Virus record (IMG/VR): IMGVR_UViG_3300043640_000027
Location: 1-63,050 of that record
From: a virus
Length of the DNA stretch: 63,050 nucleotides
Direction: 5' to 3' (one strand)
In this document: piece after piece, positions 8,424 through 15,875 of the stretch
Numbering within the stretch: position 1 is the first letter of the stretch
Layout of the letters: each line of letters starts with the position of its first letter
Made by a program: the position numbers and the translations under genes
The notes under the pieces: generated by a model
Told to the model about the DNA's origin: nothing
The model's database searches: none
The model's input: only the letters and a program-made list of their open reading frames with translations

Positions 8424-9123
8424 CAAGAAACGCGGAAACGCTAAGCGGGGTTATATAGGTAATGGCATATCTAATAATCCCGTGTTTCTTTAATGGAATA
8501 TAGCCGCATAAAAAAGGGTGTTCAAAAATGGGGCTGTGTTTATGTCGATACGGTTTTGTGATTAAGCTAGCTATATACGGCTCTTTTGTATCTTCTGTGT
8601 CTGTGGATAGAAACAAAATGGGTCGGCCATGGGTTAATAAGATCAACAACTTATGACCTACACCGGCCAGTACAGCATGTGCATAACTCCGATGAAACAG
8701 GTGAGATACACCAACGGCTATCCCATTTTCTACGGTTTGTGTTTCTGTTTCTTTTCTAAAAACAGAGGTTCATAGGCAACCCTTGTTTTGGCCACCACAA
8801 CTCACTCGCCTATGAGATTCAGCCCTGTTTCTTTGGTACACCAGACAGCTACAAGAAACGTTCCAGTGGTGTACCAAACACCCTGTATTTTTATACTGCT
8901 ATGTTTGGAAAGCTACAGCGAAACACGAGAGGCTAACCCATTGATTAAACTAAACTCTTTTTGTTTCTTGCACCTTAACGAAACATTAAGAAACTAAGTA
9001 GAATTCCATACTAAACGCGTTTCTTTCGTTTCTCCCTTGTGCAACTGGTACACCACCACGAAACGCTCCATGCCAGCCGTCACCACTGGTACACCTCAAC
9101 GAAACAAGCTACCGCCTAGAAAC
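8424..9123. repeat. iteron array: 18 GAAAC/GTTTC cores, including 8 copies of the 7-mer AAGAAAC/GTTTCTT, plus 4 copies of TGGTACACC
   Basis: GAAAC at 8427, 8435, 8610, 8694, 8855, 8920, 8980, 8990, 9060, 9101, 9119. GTTTC at 8484, 8741, 8747, 8827, 8963, 9019, 9028. TGGTACACC at 8834, 9046, 9087 and inverted at 8868. An AT-rich stretch at 8461-8620 is adjacent. Confidence 0.8.
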
Positions 9124-9150
9124 ACTAGCAGAATCAGTCACATACACCGC

Positions 9151-9179
9151 TTGCCGACCCTAGCCCGATAAGCTACACT
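9151..9179 (+). promoter_or_regulatory. sigma70-like promoter for the early operon (putative)
   Basis: TTGCCG (9151-9156), 17 nt, TACACT (9174-9179), about 50 nt upstream of ATG 9228. The -10 context CTACACTAG recurs at 13706. Confidence 0.4.
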
Positions 9180-9227
9180 AGAACGCGAGCGCACCCGTTC
9201 CACTAACCCACGAAAAGGACACTAGTC

Positions 9228-9560
9228 ATGGCGAAGATCACGAAAGCCAATACCTCACCGCTGGCCCTGTACCGTATTAAAGACTTGCCGCGTGGTGAAT
9301 ACATCCGCCGCGTTGACTTGTGTCCCGACTGTAGAGGGTCAGGCAAGTTTGCTATCTACACCAAAACCGCACACGGCCCAGATTGCGAGTTTTGTAAGGG
9401 AAGCGGTTACGTCAAGGAGTATCCAACGGTATGGGTCAAAGGCGACTACATGCGGTCATGCCTTGTTGCGGGGAAGTATGAGTTAATCCGCTTTGACGAC
9501 ATAAGCCGTTGCATATACAAGCCGGGCAATACGCTGGTGCTGGCAGGCTTCACGTTTTAG
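9228..9560 (+). CDS. DnaJ-type zinc-finger protein (two CxxCxGxG motifs)
   Basis: CPDCRGSG and CEFCKGSG motifs. First gene after the hub; RBS AAAGGA. Confidence 0.6.
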   Translation: MAKITKANTSPLALYRIKDLPRGEYIRRVDLCPDCRGSGKFAIYTKTAHGPDCEFCKGSGYVKEYPTVWVKGDYMRSCLVAGKYELIRFDDISRCIYKPGNTLVLAGFTF

Positions 9561-9662
9561 ATAAGTGGCGATAGGCAAGCCCAGACTAATCAGTAATACC
9601 GCAACACTGGCAATTCAATCGCACTAGGGCGAGTCCTAGTAATACAATCGGAGTCTAATCAA

Positions 9663-11075
9663 ATGGCTGTTATCTCTTTCCCGTTTAAGTCCGCACTGGC
9701 ACTGCGCATTGCCAACCTGATTACTAATGACATTGAGAAGCTGGAACGTGAAGCGTTCGGCACCGTGACTAACTGGCAATCTAAGTATGAGCGCCCATTC
9801 AAAGCACACTATGCCAATGATTTGGTTGCACGCGCCTTGAATATCGACCGTGCCGCGTTCGCGTTAGCGAATGGTATTGGCAAGTATGAAAAGCGCGCCG
9901 AAGCCTACGCGAATAACCCCAACAAAAAGGGTAGGCCATTAACTAGCTTTATCAACGTGGACGATCCGACCGCAGATAATGCCGTAGAGGAACAGATGGA
10001 GTCGGAAGATAACGGACTGGCCGATGAAATCGCCGCGATCCTTTCCGATAATATCCCCGTGCCACAAAGCCGCCAGTCATCCCCGCGTGCGAGTGCTACC
10101 GCAGCACAACCGCAGAACCTACCAAAGCAGCCCACTACGCAAGCCGCGCCCGTTAAGCTACCCGATGGTATTCCCGCCGATGCGCAGAACGCACTGGCCG
10201 CGTTAATGGCGGCGCTTACGCCACAAGCCGCACCGATAGATGAAACCATGATTCGCGAGATTGCACGCGACGAAGCCAAGAAAACAATCAGCCCGACCAT
10301 CGTCATAGTTAATCATGTAGACCCAGACGGCGAGATAACCGTGGTAGATATGGGCGTGCAACATAAAGCGTTTCCGATGTTACTTAAACTGTGCCAGTTG
10401 AAAGACCACGCCGGTTATGCGTTTCCGATATGGTTACCCGGCCCCGCTGGCAGTGGCAAGACGACAGCCGCAATGAACGTTGCAAAGGCGCTTGATATTT
10501 CGTTTCATCATACCGGCGCGGTAGATACCGACTATAAACTAACCGGATATCAGGACGGCGGTGGCTTGTACCATTCTACAGAGTTTCGTGCGGCATACGA
10601 AAATGGCGGGGTGTTTCTGTTTGACGAAGTGGACGCGAGTAATCCTAATGCAATGGTGGCGCTTAATGCCGCGATTGAGAATGGGCGCTGTGCGTTTCCC
10701 GATGCCACCATTGCACGGCACAAGGACTGTGTAGTTATTGCCGCAGCTAATACGTATGGTGGGGGTGCCACGCATGAATATGTCGGACGTAATAAACTGG
10801 ACGCGGCGACAGTTGACAGGTTTATTATGCTGGACTGGCCGTATGATGAAATACTTGAGCGCGCCATCGCGGGAGATAATGAATGGACGACGTATGTCCA
10901 GAGTATCCGGCGAGCGGTTAATAGCGCGGGGATTAAGCATGTAGTCTCGCCGCGTGCCAGTATCAGGGGTAACGCCATGCTAGCCGCAGGGTTTGACAGG
11001 CCGACAGTTATTAAGGCGACAGTACAGAAAGGACTGAGCGCGGAACAGTGGGCTAGCGTGAGCATGAGGGCTTAA
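9663..11075 (+). CDS. AAA+ ATPase, MoxR/CobS-like (AAA_5-type)
   Basis: Walker A LPGPAGSGKTT, Walker B VFLFDEVD, and sensor/Arg-finger region AAANTYGGG...GRNKLDAATVDRF. Pro/Gln-rich low-complexity N-terminal half. Confidence 0.75.
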   Translation: MAVISFPFKSALALRIANLITNDIEKLEREAFGTVTNWQSKYERPFKAHYANDLVARALNIDRAAFALANGIGKYEKRAEAYANNPNKKGRPLTSFINVDDPTADNAVEEQMESEDNGLADEIAAILSDNIPVPQSRQSSPRASATAAQPQNLPKQPTTQAAPVKLPDGIPADAQNALAALMAALTPQAAPIDETMIREIARDEAKKTISPTIVIVNHVDPDGEITVVDMGVQHKAFPMLLKLCQLKDHAGYAFPIWLPGPAGSGKTTAAMNVAKALDISFHHTGAVDTDYKLTGYQDGGGLYHSTEFRAAYENGGVFLFDEVDASNPNAMVALNAAIENGRCAFPDATIARHKDCVVIAAANTYGGGATHEYVGRNKLDAATVDRFIMLDWPYDEILERAIAGDNEWTTYVQSIRRAVNSAGIKHVVSPRASIRGNAMLAAGFDRPTVIKATVQKGLSAEQWASVSMRA

Positions 11076-11077
11076 CC

Positions 11078-11896
11078 ATGAAACTATACACATATAACAG
11101 TCTTGCGGCGTTTACAGTAGACGCAAAGAAAGGCGGGCTAGGCAGCATGTTTATTACCCGTGGAATAGACGCAGAACACTACGGCGGAAGCACGCCAGCG
11201 GAAGCTGCAGCATATGTATTGCGCGGCGCATCGGATAAACAAATGCGCCGCGCTCGCGAGATAATGGACAAGGTGGACGTTAGTTTCCACGACAGAGCAG
11301 AACCGCAATGGGTGCCGAGTATGTGCGGGGCTTATCCGATAGTCGGGGAGTATCTAATGGGGGTGCCGGAACACATGCGGGCGCGTATACCCGTAGAGTC
11401 CGATACTAGCCCGGTCAAACTGGTGTTTGAGGTAGGCGTTAGTCAAGGCATTAGCGTGGAGCAGATAGCCATTACAGGGGCGGCAGTGGCCGCGTTAGCC
11501 ATGCGTATGAGCGAGACAAGGCCAGTGGAGCTATGGGCTATGTCGGCCAATAAAAGCGCACGGACGAACACCGATGTAGTAGCCATGACAAAGTTAGACG
11601 TTAGCCCGGTGTCGTTATCGCAATGTGTAGCGGTGTTCGGTACTCCACAAATGGGGCGCATGCTTTCATTCTCCCATCTGAAATTCGCGGACGGCGATTA
11701 TGGTTCGGGTGTAGGTTGGGCGTTAGGCCGACCGAGTGAGCAGCGTGTTTCCGACATACGCAAAGCGTGCCAGTTAGCGCCGCAAGATATTATATTGCAG
11801 GGGGCGTATTTACCCGACAGGAAATTAATACAGCACGACCCGGTTAAGTGGGTGCATAAGCAAATCGAAAAGCAGCGGAGTATGGACAATGAATAG
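11078..11896 (+). CDS. hypothetical protein, coupled partner of the AAA+ ATPase
   Basis: 272-aa ORF starting 2 nt after the ATPase stop. I could not find a MIDAS (DxSxS) motif, so no vWA/CobT call is made. Confidence 0.65.
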   Translation: MKLYTYNSLAAFTVDAKKGGLGSMFITRGIDAEHYGGSTPAEAAAYVLRGASDKQMRRAREIMDKVDVSFHDRAEPQWVPSMCGAYPIVGEYLMGVPEHMRARIPVESDTSPVKLVFEVGVSQGISVEQIAITGAAVAALAMRMSETRPVELWAMSANKSARTNTDVVAMTKLDVSPVSLSQCVAVFGTPQMGRMLSFSHLKFADGDYGSGVGWALGRPSEQRVSDIRKACQLAPQDIILQGAYLPDRKLIQHDPVKWVHKQIEKQRSMDNE

Positions 11897-12161
11897 GCAG
11901 GACTTGCGCAACGATTACCCATTCCACTTTGCGAGGATCGAACCCATGCACGTCACGTCGATTAATCCGGGCCGAGTTTACCCGCCCATTCAGGGCCGAG
12001 ATAATCAGTGGGCCTATTCCATTGAGTACAACTTCCATCCAACACTAACGCAGATGGTTAGCAGTGGGATTAACTACCCTACTGCCAGCGAAGCTAAACA
12101 TAAGATGCGCGAAGAGGTAACACGGCTGCGCATTAAACACGAACTTCAGGAGATAGGCTAA
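11889..12161 (+). CDS. hypothetical protein
   Basis: 90-aa ORF overlapping the upstream gene by 8 nt, with its stop overlapping the next ATG. Confidence 0.6.
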   Translation: MNRQDLRNDYPFHFARIEPMHVTSINPGRVYPPIQGRDNQWAYSIEYNFHPTLTQMVSSGINYPTASEAKHKMREEVTRLRIKHELQEIG

Positions 12162-12412
12162 TGCGCGGGGCTATCACGTTTCAACCGCTGATTACCGCAG
12201 CAACTAACCATTGCCTGATGGCTGGCATAGTTGAATGTCACGATTGCGGAGATACCAAAACCATGCAGTACGCACTAATGCACGGCTGGAAACAGGTTGA
12301 GCGCGAGCTAGGATCGGACGTGTACATTACCGATTACGTTTGCGATCATTGCTGCGAAGCACGCGTACATGACTATAACCTGATGCTTGAAGAACAGGGG
12401 AATGACCTATGA
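12161..12412 (+). CDS. small Cys-rich (zinc-ribbon-like) protein
   Basis: CHDCGD ... CDHCC motif pairs. TAATG-type coupling on both sides. Confidence 0.6.
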   Translation: MRGAITFQPLITAATNHCLMAGIVECHDCGDTKTMQYALMHGWKQVERELGSDVYITDYVCDHCCEARVHDYNLMLEEQGNDL

Positions 12413-13686
12413 GCCTGACAACTACAATGGGAATCGAACTGACCTATATACCGCTGGCGATTCAGACGGCCATAGACCGTGGCGCGGTGATTAATCCGCA
12501 GCAAAGTTTACCGGGCGAAGAGCATCTGTGTAGCGCATTCGCCCGACTAATGGCGAAGCTGGTAGAGGCGAAGAAAATCCCGACCTACAAAGGCGTGCAT
12601 ACCGATCCGGGTTGCGTGGAGGTGCAGACCCGGCCATATAGGAAACTCACCACGCTGATTAATATAGCGCGCAGGCTGCGCCGTGAGGCCGAAGCATTAG
12701 GCATGGTTACCGAAGCGGCATATACGAATGGTGGCGGCGCGCATATTCATACCGGCATTATCGGTGACAGTGAACAAGAGCGGAATATGTACGCCAAGCG
12801 TATGATGTTGTTTGCCGCTATGAACCCATGGCTATGCTGGGCGACACTTAATGTTAACGACGACATTAACGCCATGCCGATTTGCGAACACCACTTGAAA
12901 AACTGCTACGGCGAGAGCGAAGGAGCATCAGAAGAAACCTATAGCGAACGCGTGACGTACTGCGTTAATGAGCTTGTCAACGAAGAGACCGCACTACACG
13001 CAAGAGGTGCGTGGATGAGCGCGTATACCCGTGAGCGGAATATGCGCGACGTGCGATACGCCCAGCGCGAAGTAATGGGTTTTCGCAAACAGCTATTCTA
13101 TTATCGCCGCGCCAATAGCAAGCAAAGTAATGGCGTAGTAAGCCGTAACGTGAAAGATATTCAGTACATCGGTAACAAAGATCACATGGTAAGGCTCACC
13201 ACCTACGGCAAGTTCGGCACCGCAGAGTTTCGTTGTTTTGAAATGGGCGGCGAAGATAAACTAAAGAGTAATATCATTCTAGCTAATGCGATATGCAAAT
13301 ATGTAGAGCGCTGGGACGTTACACAGTACGACAGCACACAAGTTATGTCCGGCAGTGCCATGCGAAAGATTAAATGGAGTGAGGCGCGCAAAGGTTGGCT
13401 TGATATGCTCACCATGCTAGGACTGGACGCCGCAGACTACCGCAACGAAACGGCACAGATAGCCGCACGCTGGCGCTATGCACGCAGCGAGGGCGAGAAC
13501 CCGACCGCCGCAGAGGTGCCCGCAGCACAGGCGCTGCACGAGCGCAGGGAAGACACTACAGCAAGGGACGCAGCACGCGCCCAACGCCGCTGGATGCGCA
13601 GGCTGACCCGTAGCGGAAGGCATCCGATGTGCCGCGCCGTCGCTCCTACCGCCCCGGTCGACGACATAGCGTCATTGGCCGCTTGA
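12409..13686 (+). CDS. glutamine-synthetase-like amidoligase family protein (putative)
   Basis: GIELTY near the N-terminus, GGGAHIHTG, and GTAEFRCFE. This pattern matches my recollection of the Amidoligase_2 (COOH-NH2 ligase) family. Arg-rich C-terminal tail. Confidence 0.55.
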   Translation: MSLTTTMGIELTYIPLAIQTAIDRGAVINPQQSLPGEEHLCSAFARLMAKLVEAKKIPTYKGVHTDPGCVEVQTRPYRKLTTLINIARRLRREAEALGMVTEAAYTNGGGAHIHTGIIGDSEQERNMYAKRMMLFAAMNPWLCWATLNVNDDINAMPICEHHLKNCYGESEGASEETYSERVTYCVNELVNEETALHARGAWMSAYTRERNMRDVRYAQREVMGFRKQLFYYRRANSKQSNGVVSRNVKDIQYIGNKDHMVRLTTYGKFGTAEFRCFEMGGEDKLKSNIILANAICKYVERWDVTQYDSTQVMSGSAMRKIKWSEARKGWLDMLTMLGLDAADYRNETAQIAARWRYARSEGENPTAAEVPAAQALHERREDTTARDAARAQRRWMRRLTRSGRHPMCRAVAPTAPVDDIASLAA

Positions 13687-13712
13687 CAGGCGTTTGTAGA
13701 ATGTTCTACACT
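13675..13712 (+). promoter_or_regulatory. promoter region (two overlapping sigma70-like candidates)
   Basis: TTGACA (13683-13688), 18 nt, TACACT (13707-13712). Alternatively TTGGCC (13675), 16 nt, TAGAAT (13697-13702). The -35 contains the TGA stop of the amidoligase gene. An 8-bp hairpin at 13712-13738 follows. Confidence 0.4.
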
Positions 13713-13789
13713 AGCCCCGGCCTGATGGTTCGGGGCTAATCACGCGGCACATAAAACCGCACACTTAACGCAGCACGGAGGTTACACCC

Positions 13790-14236
13790 ATGGCACGAGT
13801 ACATCCGATCGAAGAATTGTTGCGCGTACTTAGCGAGCGCGAAGGCCGCCAGAACAAAGAACAGGAGATTGAAAACAAGATCAAGGCCGCAGGCTACACG
13901 GAAGCGGACTGGTACAGGATCGTCATGTTCCACGAGACGTTCAACGATCAGGCCGGGGCGCTTGCCTATTACCTGACCGTGGCGAGCAAGACCGGGGACA
14001 AAGACGCCGCACGTCTAGGCCTGCAAGTCACCGAGTATGTCGCGAAGCGGGCAACGTGGATCGAGTCCGTGTTTAATGCGTCTGGTGTCTCGCTGGCCGA
14101 CATGAACATGCGTACCGACATGGCACAGTTCCGCAACCGTATGCAGCACGCCGCAGGCGTCTTTACCCGCGTCCTGAACGGTGAAGACCTGTCCGGTTGC
14201 ACTGCCGACGACCTGACGAACATGGCCGACGCGTAA
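13790..14236 (+). CDS. hypothetical protein (paralogue A of tandem pair)
   Basis: 148 aa. Shares a K..GY(T/S)EAD(W/Y)R segment and overall layout with 14304..14732. Locally GC-rich. Confidence 0.65.
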   Translation: MARVHPIEELLRVLSEREGRQNKEQEIENKIKAAGYTEADWYRIVMFHETFNDQAGALAYYLTVASKTGDKDAARLGLQVTEYVAKRATWIESVFNASGVSLADMNMRTDMAQFRNRMQHAAGVFTRVLNGEDLSGCTADDLTNMADA

Positions 14237-14303
14237 CAACATCTAGACCGTAGGGATTAATTCTCTGCGGTCTTTTAATTCACCCAGACAAAGGCATAAT
14301 CAC

Positions 14304-14732
14304 ATGGTACAGGCAAAAGGCGGCATTCTTAGCGGTATGCTGGACGCGCTGATGGAAGCCAAGATGAAGGAACGCGAAGCGAAGGACAAATTCAAGGCAT
14401 GCATGCAGAGCCACGGCTACAGCGAAGCCGATTACAGGACGTTCAACACGCTGAAAACGCACTTGTCTGCACTGGTGGAGTGCGGTGGCTGCGCCGCTGC
14501 TATCGCCGTCAACACCGACCATCTGCCTAGCGCGGTCTACGCCGTGGCTACCGCGTCCTATCTGGTCAAGGCGGCGCAGTTCATGTACAGCGTGCTGGAT
14601 ACGTGCGGGCTTGACCCTCACGATTTCGAGTTGCAGAAAGACCCGACCGAGTTTTACCGGGTTCTGGCGGAAAAGAAAGCCGAAGCACAGAGCGTGATCG
14701 ACAAGCACGCGTTTGCCGCGTCCATCGCGTAA
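14304..14732 (+). CDS. hypothetical protein (paralogue B of tandem pair)
   Basis: 142 aa. Motif HGYSEADYR matches AGYTEADWYR of the upstream gene. The equal-length antisense ORF 14280..14708 is treated as a GC-driven shadow. Confidence 0.6.
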   Translation: MVQAKGGILSGMLDALMEAKMKEREAKDKFKACMQSHGYSEADYRTFNTLKTHLSALVECGGCAAAIAVNTDHLPSAVYAVATASYLVKAAQFMYSVLDTCGLDPHDFELQKDPTEFYRVLAEKKAEAQSVIDKHAFAASIA

Positions 14733-15058
14733 TGGACTACTTCACCAGTACCGGCGCTAGGTTTAGTTTTAGCGGGTTCGGTACTGGTGAAGACCCGTTG
14801 ACTTATTTCGACAACAAAGATTATCTAAACTGCTTACACGACTGCATGGTGTTAGTAGACTTATTCGTACCGCGTGAGATTAAACACCTATACCTAGAAG
14901 ATGACGGCTTGTTACATGAGCTTGTGCATTTAAGTTTGGGTATAGATATTTGCACTCACGGAGATTTAATCTCCCTTCGCCAGCATATACAGGACTTAAT
15001 TCATGCCTGCCGTAATCGTCAAGAAAGCCAGCAAGCCCAAGAAAACCAACCCGTTTAA
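14732..15058 (+). CDS. hypothetical protein
   Basis: 108-aa ORF; TAATG coupling with the upstream gene. Confidence 0.6.
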   Translation: MDYFTSTGARFSFSGFGTGEDPLTYFDNKDYLNCLHDCMVLVDLFVPREIKHLYLEDDGLLHELVHLSLGIDICTHGDLISLRQHIQDLIHACRNRQESQQAQENQPV

Positions 15059-15145
15059 CCGACTTCCAATTAATCCGCCGAAGGATTGGATTAAGCCCGC
15101 CCCGGCGCTCCCGAATCAGCATTTCAGGATGCTAGTCCACTAGCC

Positions 15146-15418
15146 ATGCCCGCCGTCTACGACAACCCGGACACAGGATGCCGTGAGATATTCGTTCACG
15201 GCCATCTGGTTACTTATTTCACCGAAAAAGAATTAACCTTTCCTGATTACTATTTCAGGCGCACACCAGTACAAGAGCAGTTCATGGCCTACGCTCAGAG
15301 CTTCGGGGATTACTGTGAAGGCGTAGTGCACGACGATGGCGGTCAGGTTAAGCATATGCCAGCCGATCCGCTGGCGACCACGTTGCACCCACATGACACT
15401 GACTACACGATAGGCTAA
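15146..15418 (+). CDS. hypothetical protein
   Basis: 90-aa ORF on the operon strand. Confidence 0.55.
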   Translation: MPAVYDNPDTGCREIFVHGHLVTYFTEKELTFPDYYFRRTPVQEQFMAYAQSFGDYCEGVVHDDGGQVKHMPADPLATTLHPHDTDYTIG

Positions 15419-15582
15419 GACTATGTGGACTTCTATTGAAGTAAAGATTGACGAAGAGTTTCCGAGTACCACGTTGTTCCGATGTTTGGGCGCGGGCATA
15501 CCCGCGATATGCAATGCTGGTGCAAGCCACACCGCGACACAGTTTCACCTGTGATAATCATACACGAGACGGAGAATTAATC

Positions 15583-15741
15583 ATGGGGATTAAGTACAGG
15601 CTAGAAGCATACGACCCCGCGCTACAGCGCCGCGTACATGTTTGCTCAGAACGGAAACTGTGGTATACTGTCAAGTACGGGCTAGCTGCAAAGCGCCGGG
15701 GACTTAAGTATTTCACTCTGACCATATGGCTAGGCCGATGA
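15583..15741 (+). CDS. hypothetical small basic protein (52 aa)
   Basis: GGAGA 8 nt before ATG 15583. ATGA-coupled to the next ORF. The track ORF 15448..15741 uses an upstream TTG with no RBS. Confidence 0.5.
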   Translation: MGIKYRLEAYDPALQRRVHVCSERKLWYTVKYGLAAKRRGLKYFTLTIWLGR

Positions 15742-15875
15742 AATCAGGCGTACTAATTCGCTGGTACAGTTTATGGATCGGAGTGCATTACTCCCCATAC
15801 AACAAGCGGTTCTGTATTAACCTAATTCCATGCGTGACGATATGGGTCACGCTAGCTGGAGGGACACCGCCATGA
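15738..15875 (+). CDS. hypothetical small hydrophobic protein (45 aa, below track cutoff)
   Basis: Found by manual translation: MKSGVLIRWYSLWIGVHYSPYNKRFCINLIPCVTIWVTLAGGTPP. ATGA overlaps at both ends link it into the chain 15583-16198. Confidence 0.45.
   Translation: MKSGVLIRWYSLWIGVHYSPYNKRFCINLIPCVTIWVTLAGGTPP

Noticed and set aside
8413-8997. Track ORFs 8413..8649 (-) and 8788..8997 (+) in the hub as protein-coding genes
   Set aside because: Both have odd composition, lack an RBS, and lie directly over the iteron/inverted-repeat array. The region is better explained as non-coding regulatory or origin DNA.
8424-9123. Repeat array as a CRISPR array
   Set aside because: The repeats are only 5-11 bp, occur in both orientations, have irregular spacing, and no cas genes are present.
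14280-14708. 142-aa antisense ORF mirroring 14304..14732
   Set aside because: It lies in a GC-rich region where long shadow ORFs are expected. It is on the opposite strand to the whole operon and has an Arg/His/Val-biased composition with no RBS.
15448-15741. 97-aa TTG-initiated version of the ORF ending at 15741, and a possible 43-aa ORF 15423..15554
   Set aside because: The TTG start lacks an RBS, whereas the internal ATG 15583 has GGAGA at ideal spacing. The 43-aa ORF has only a weak AGG upstream and no coupling, so I did not list it as a feature.
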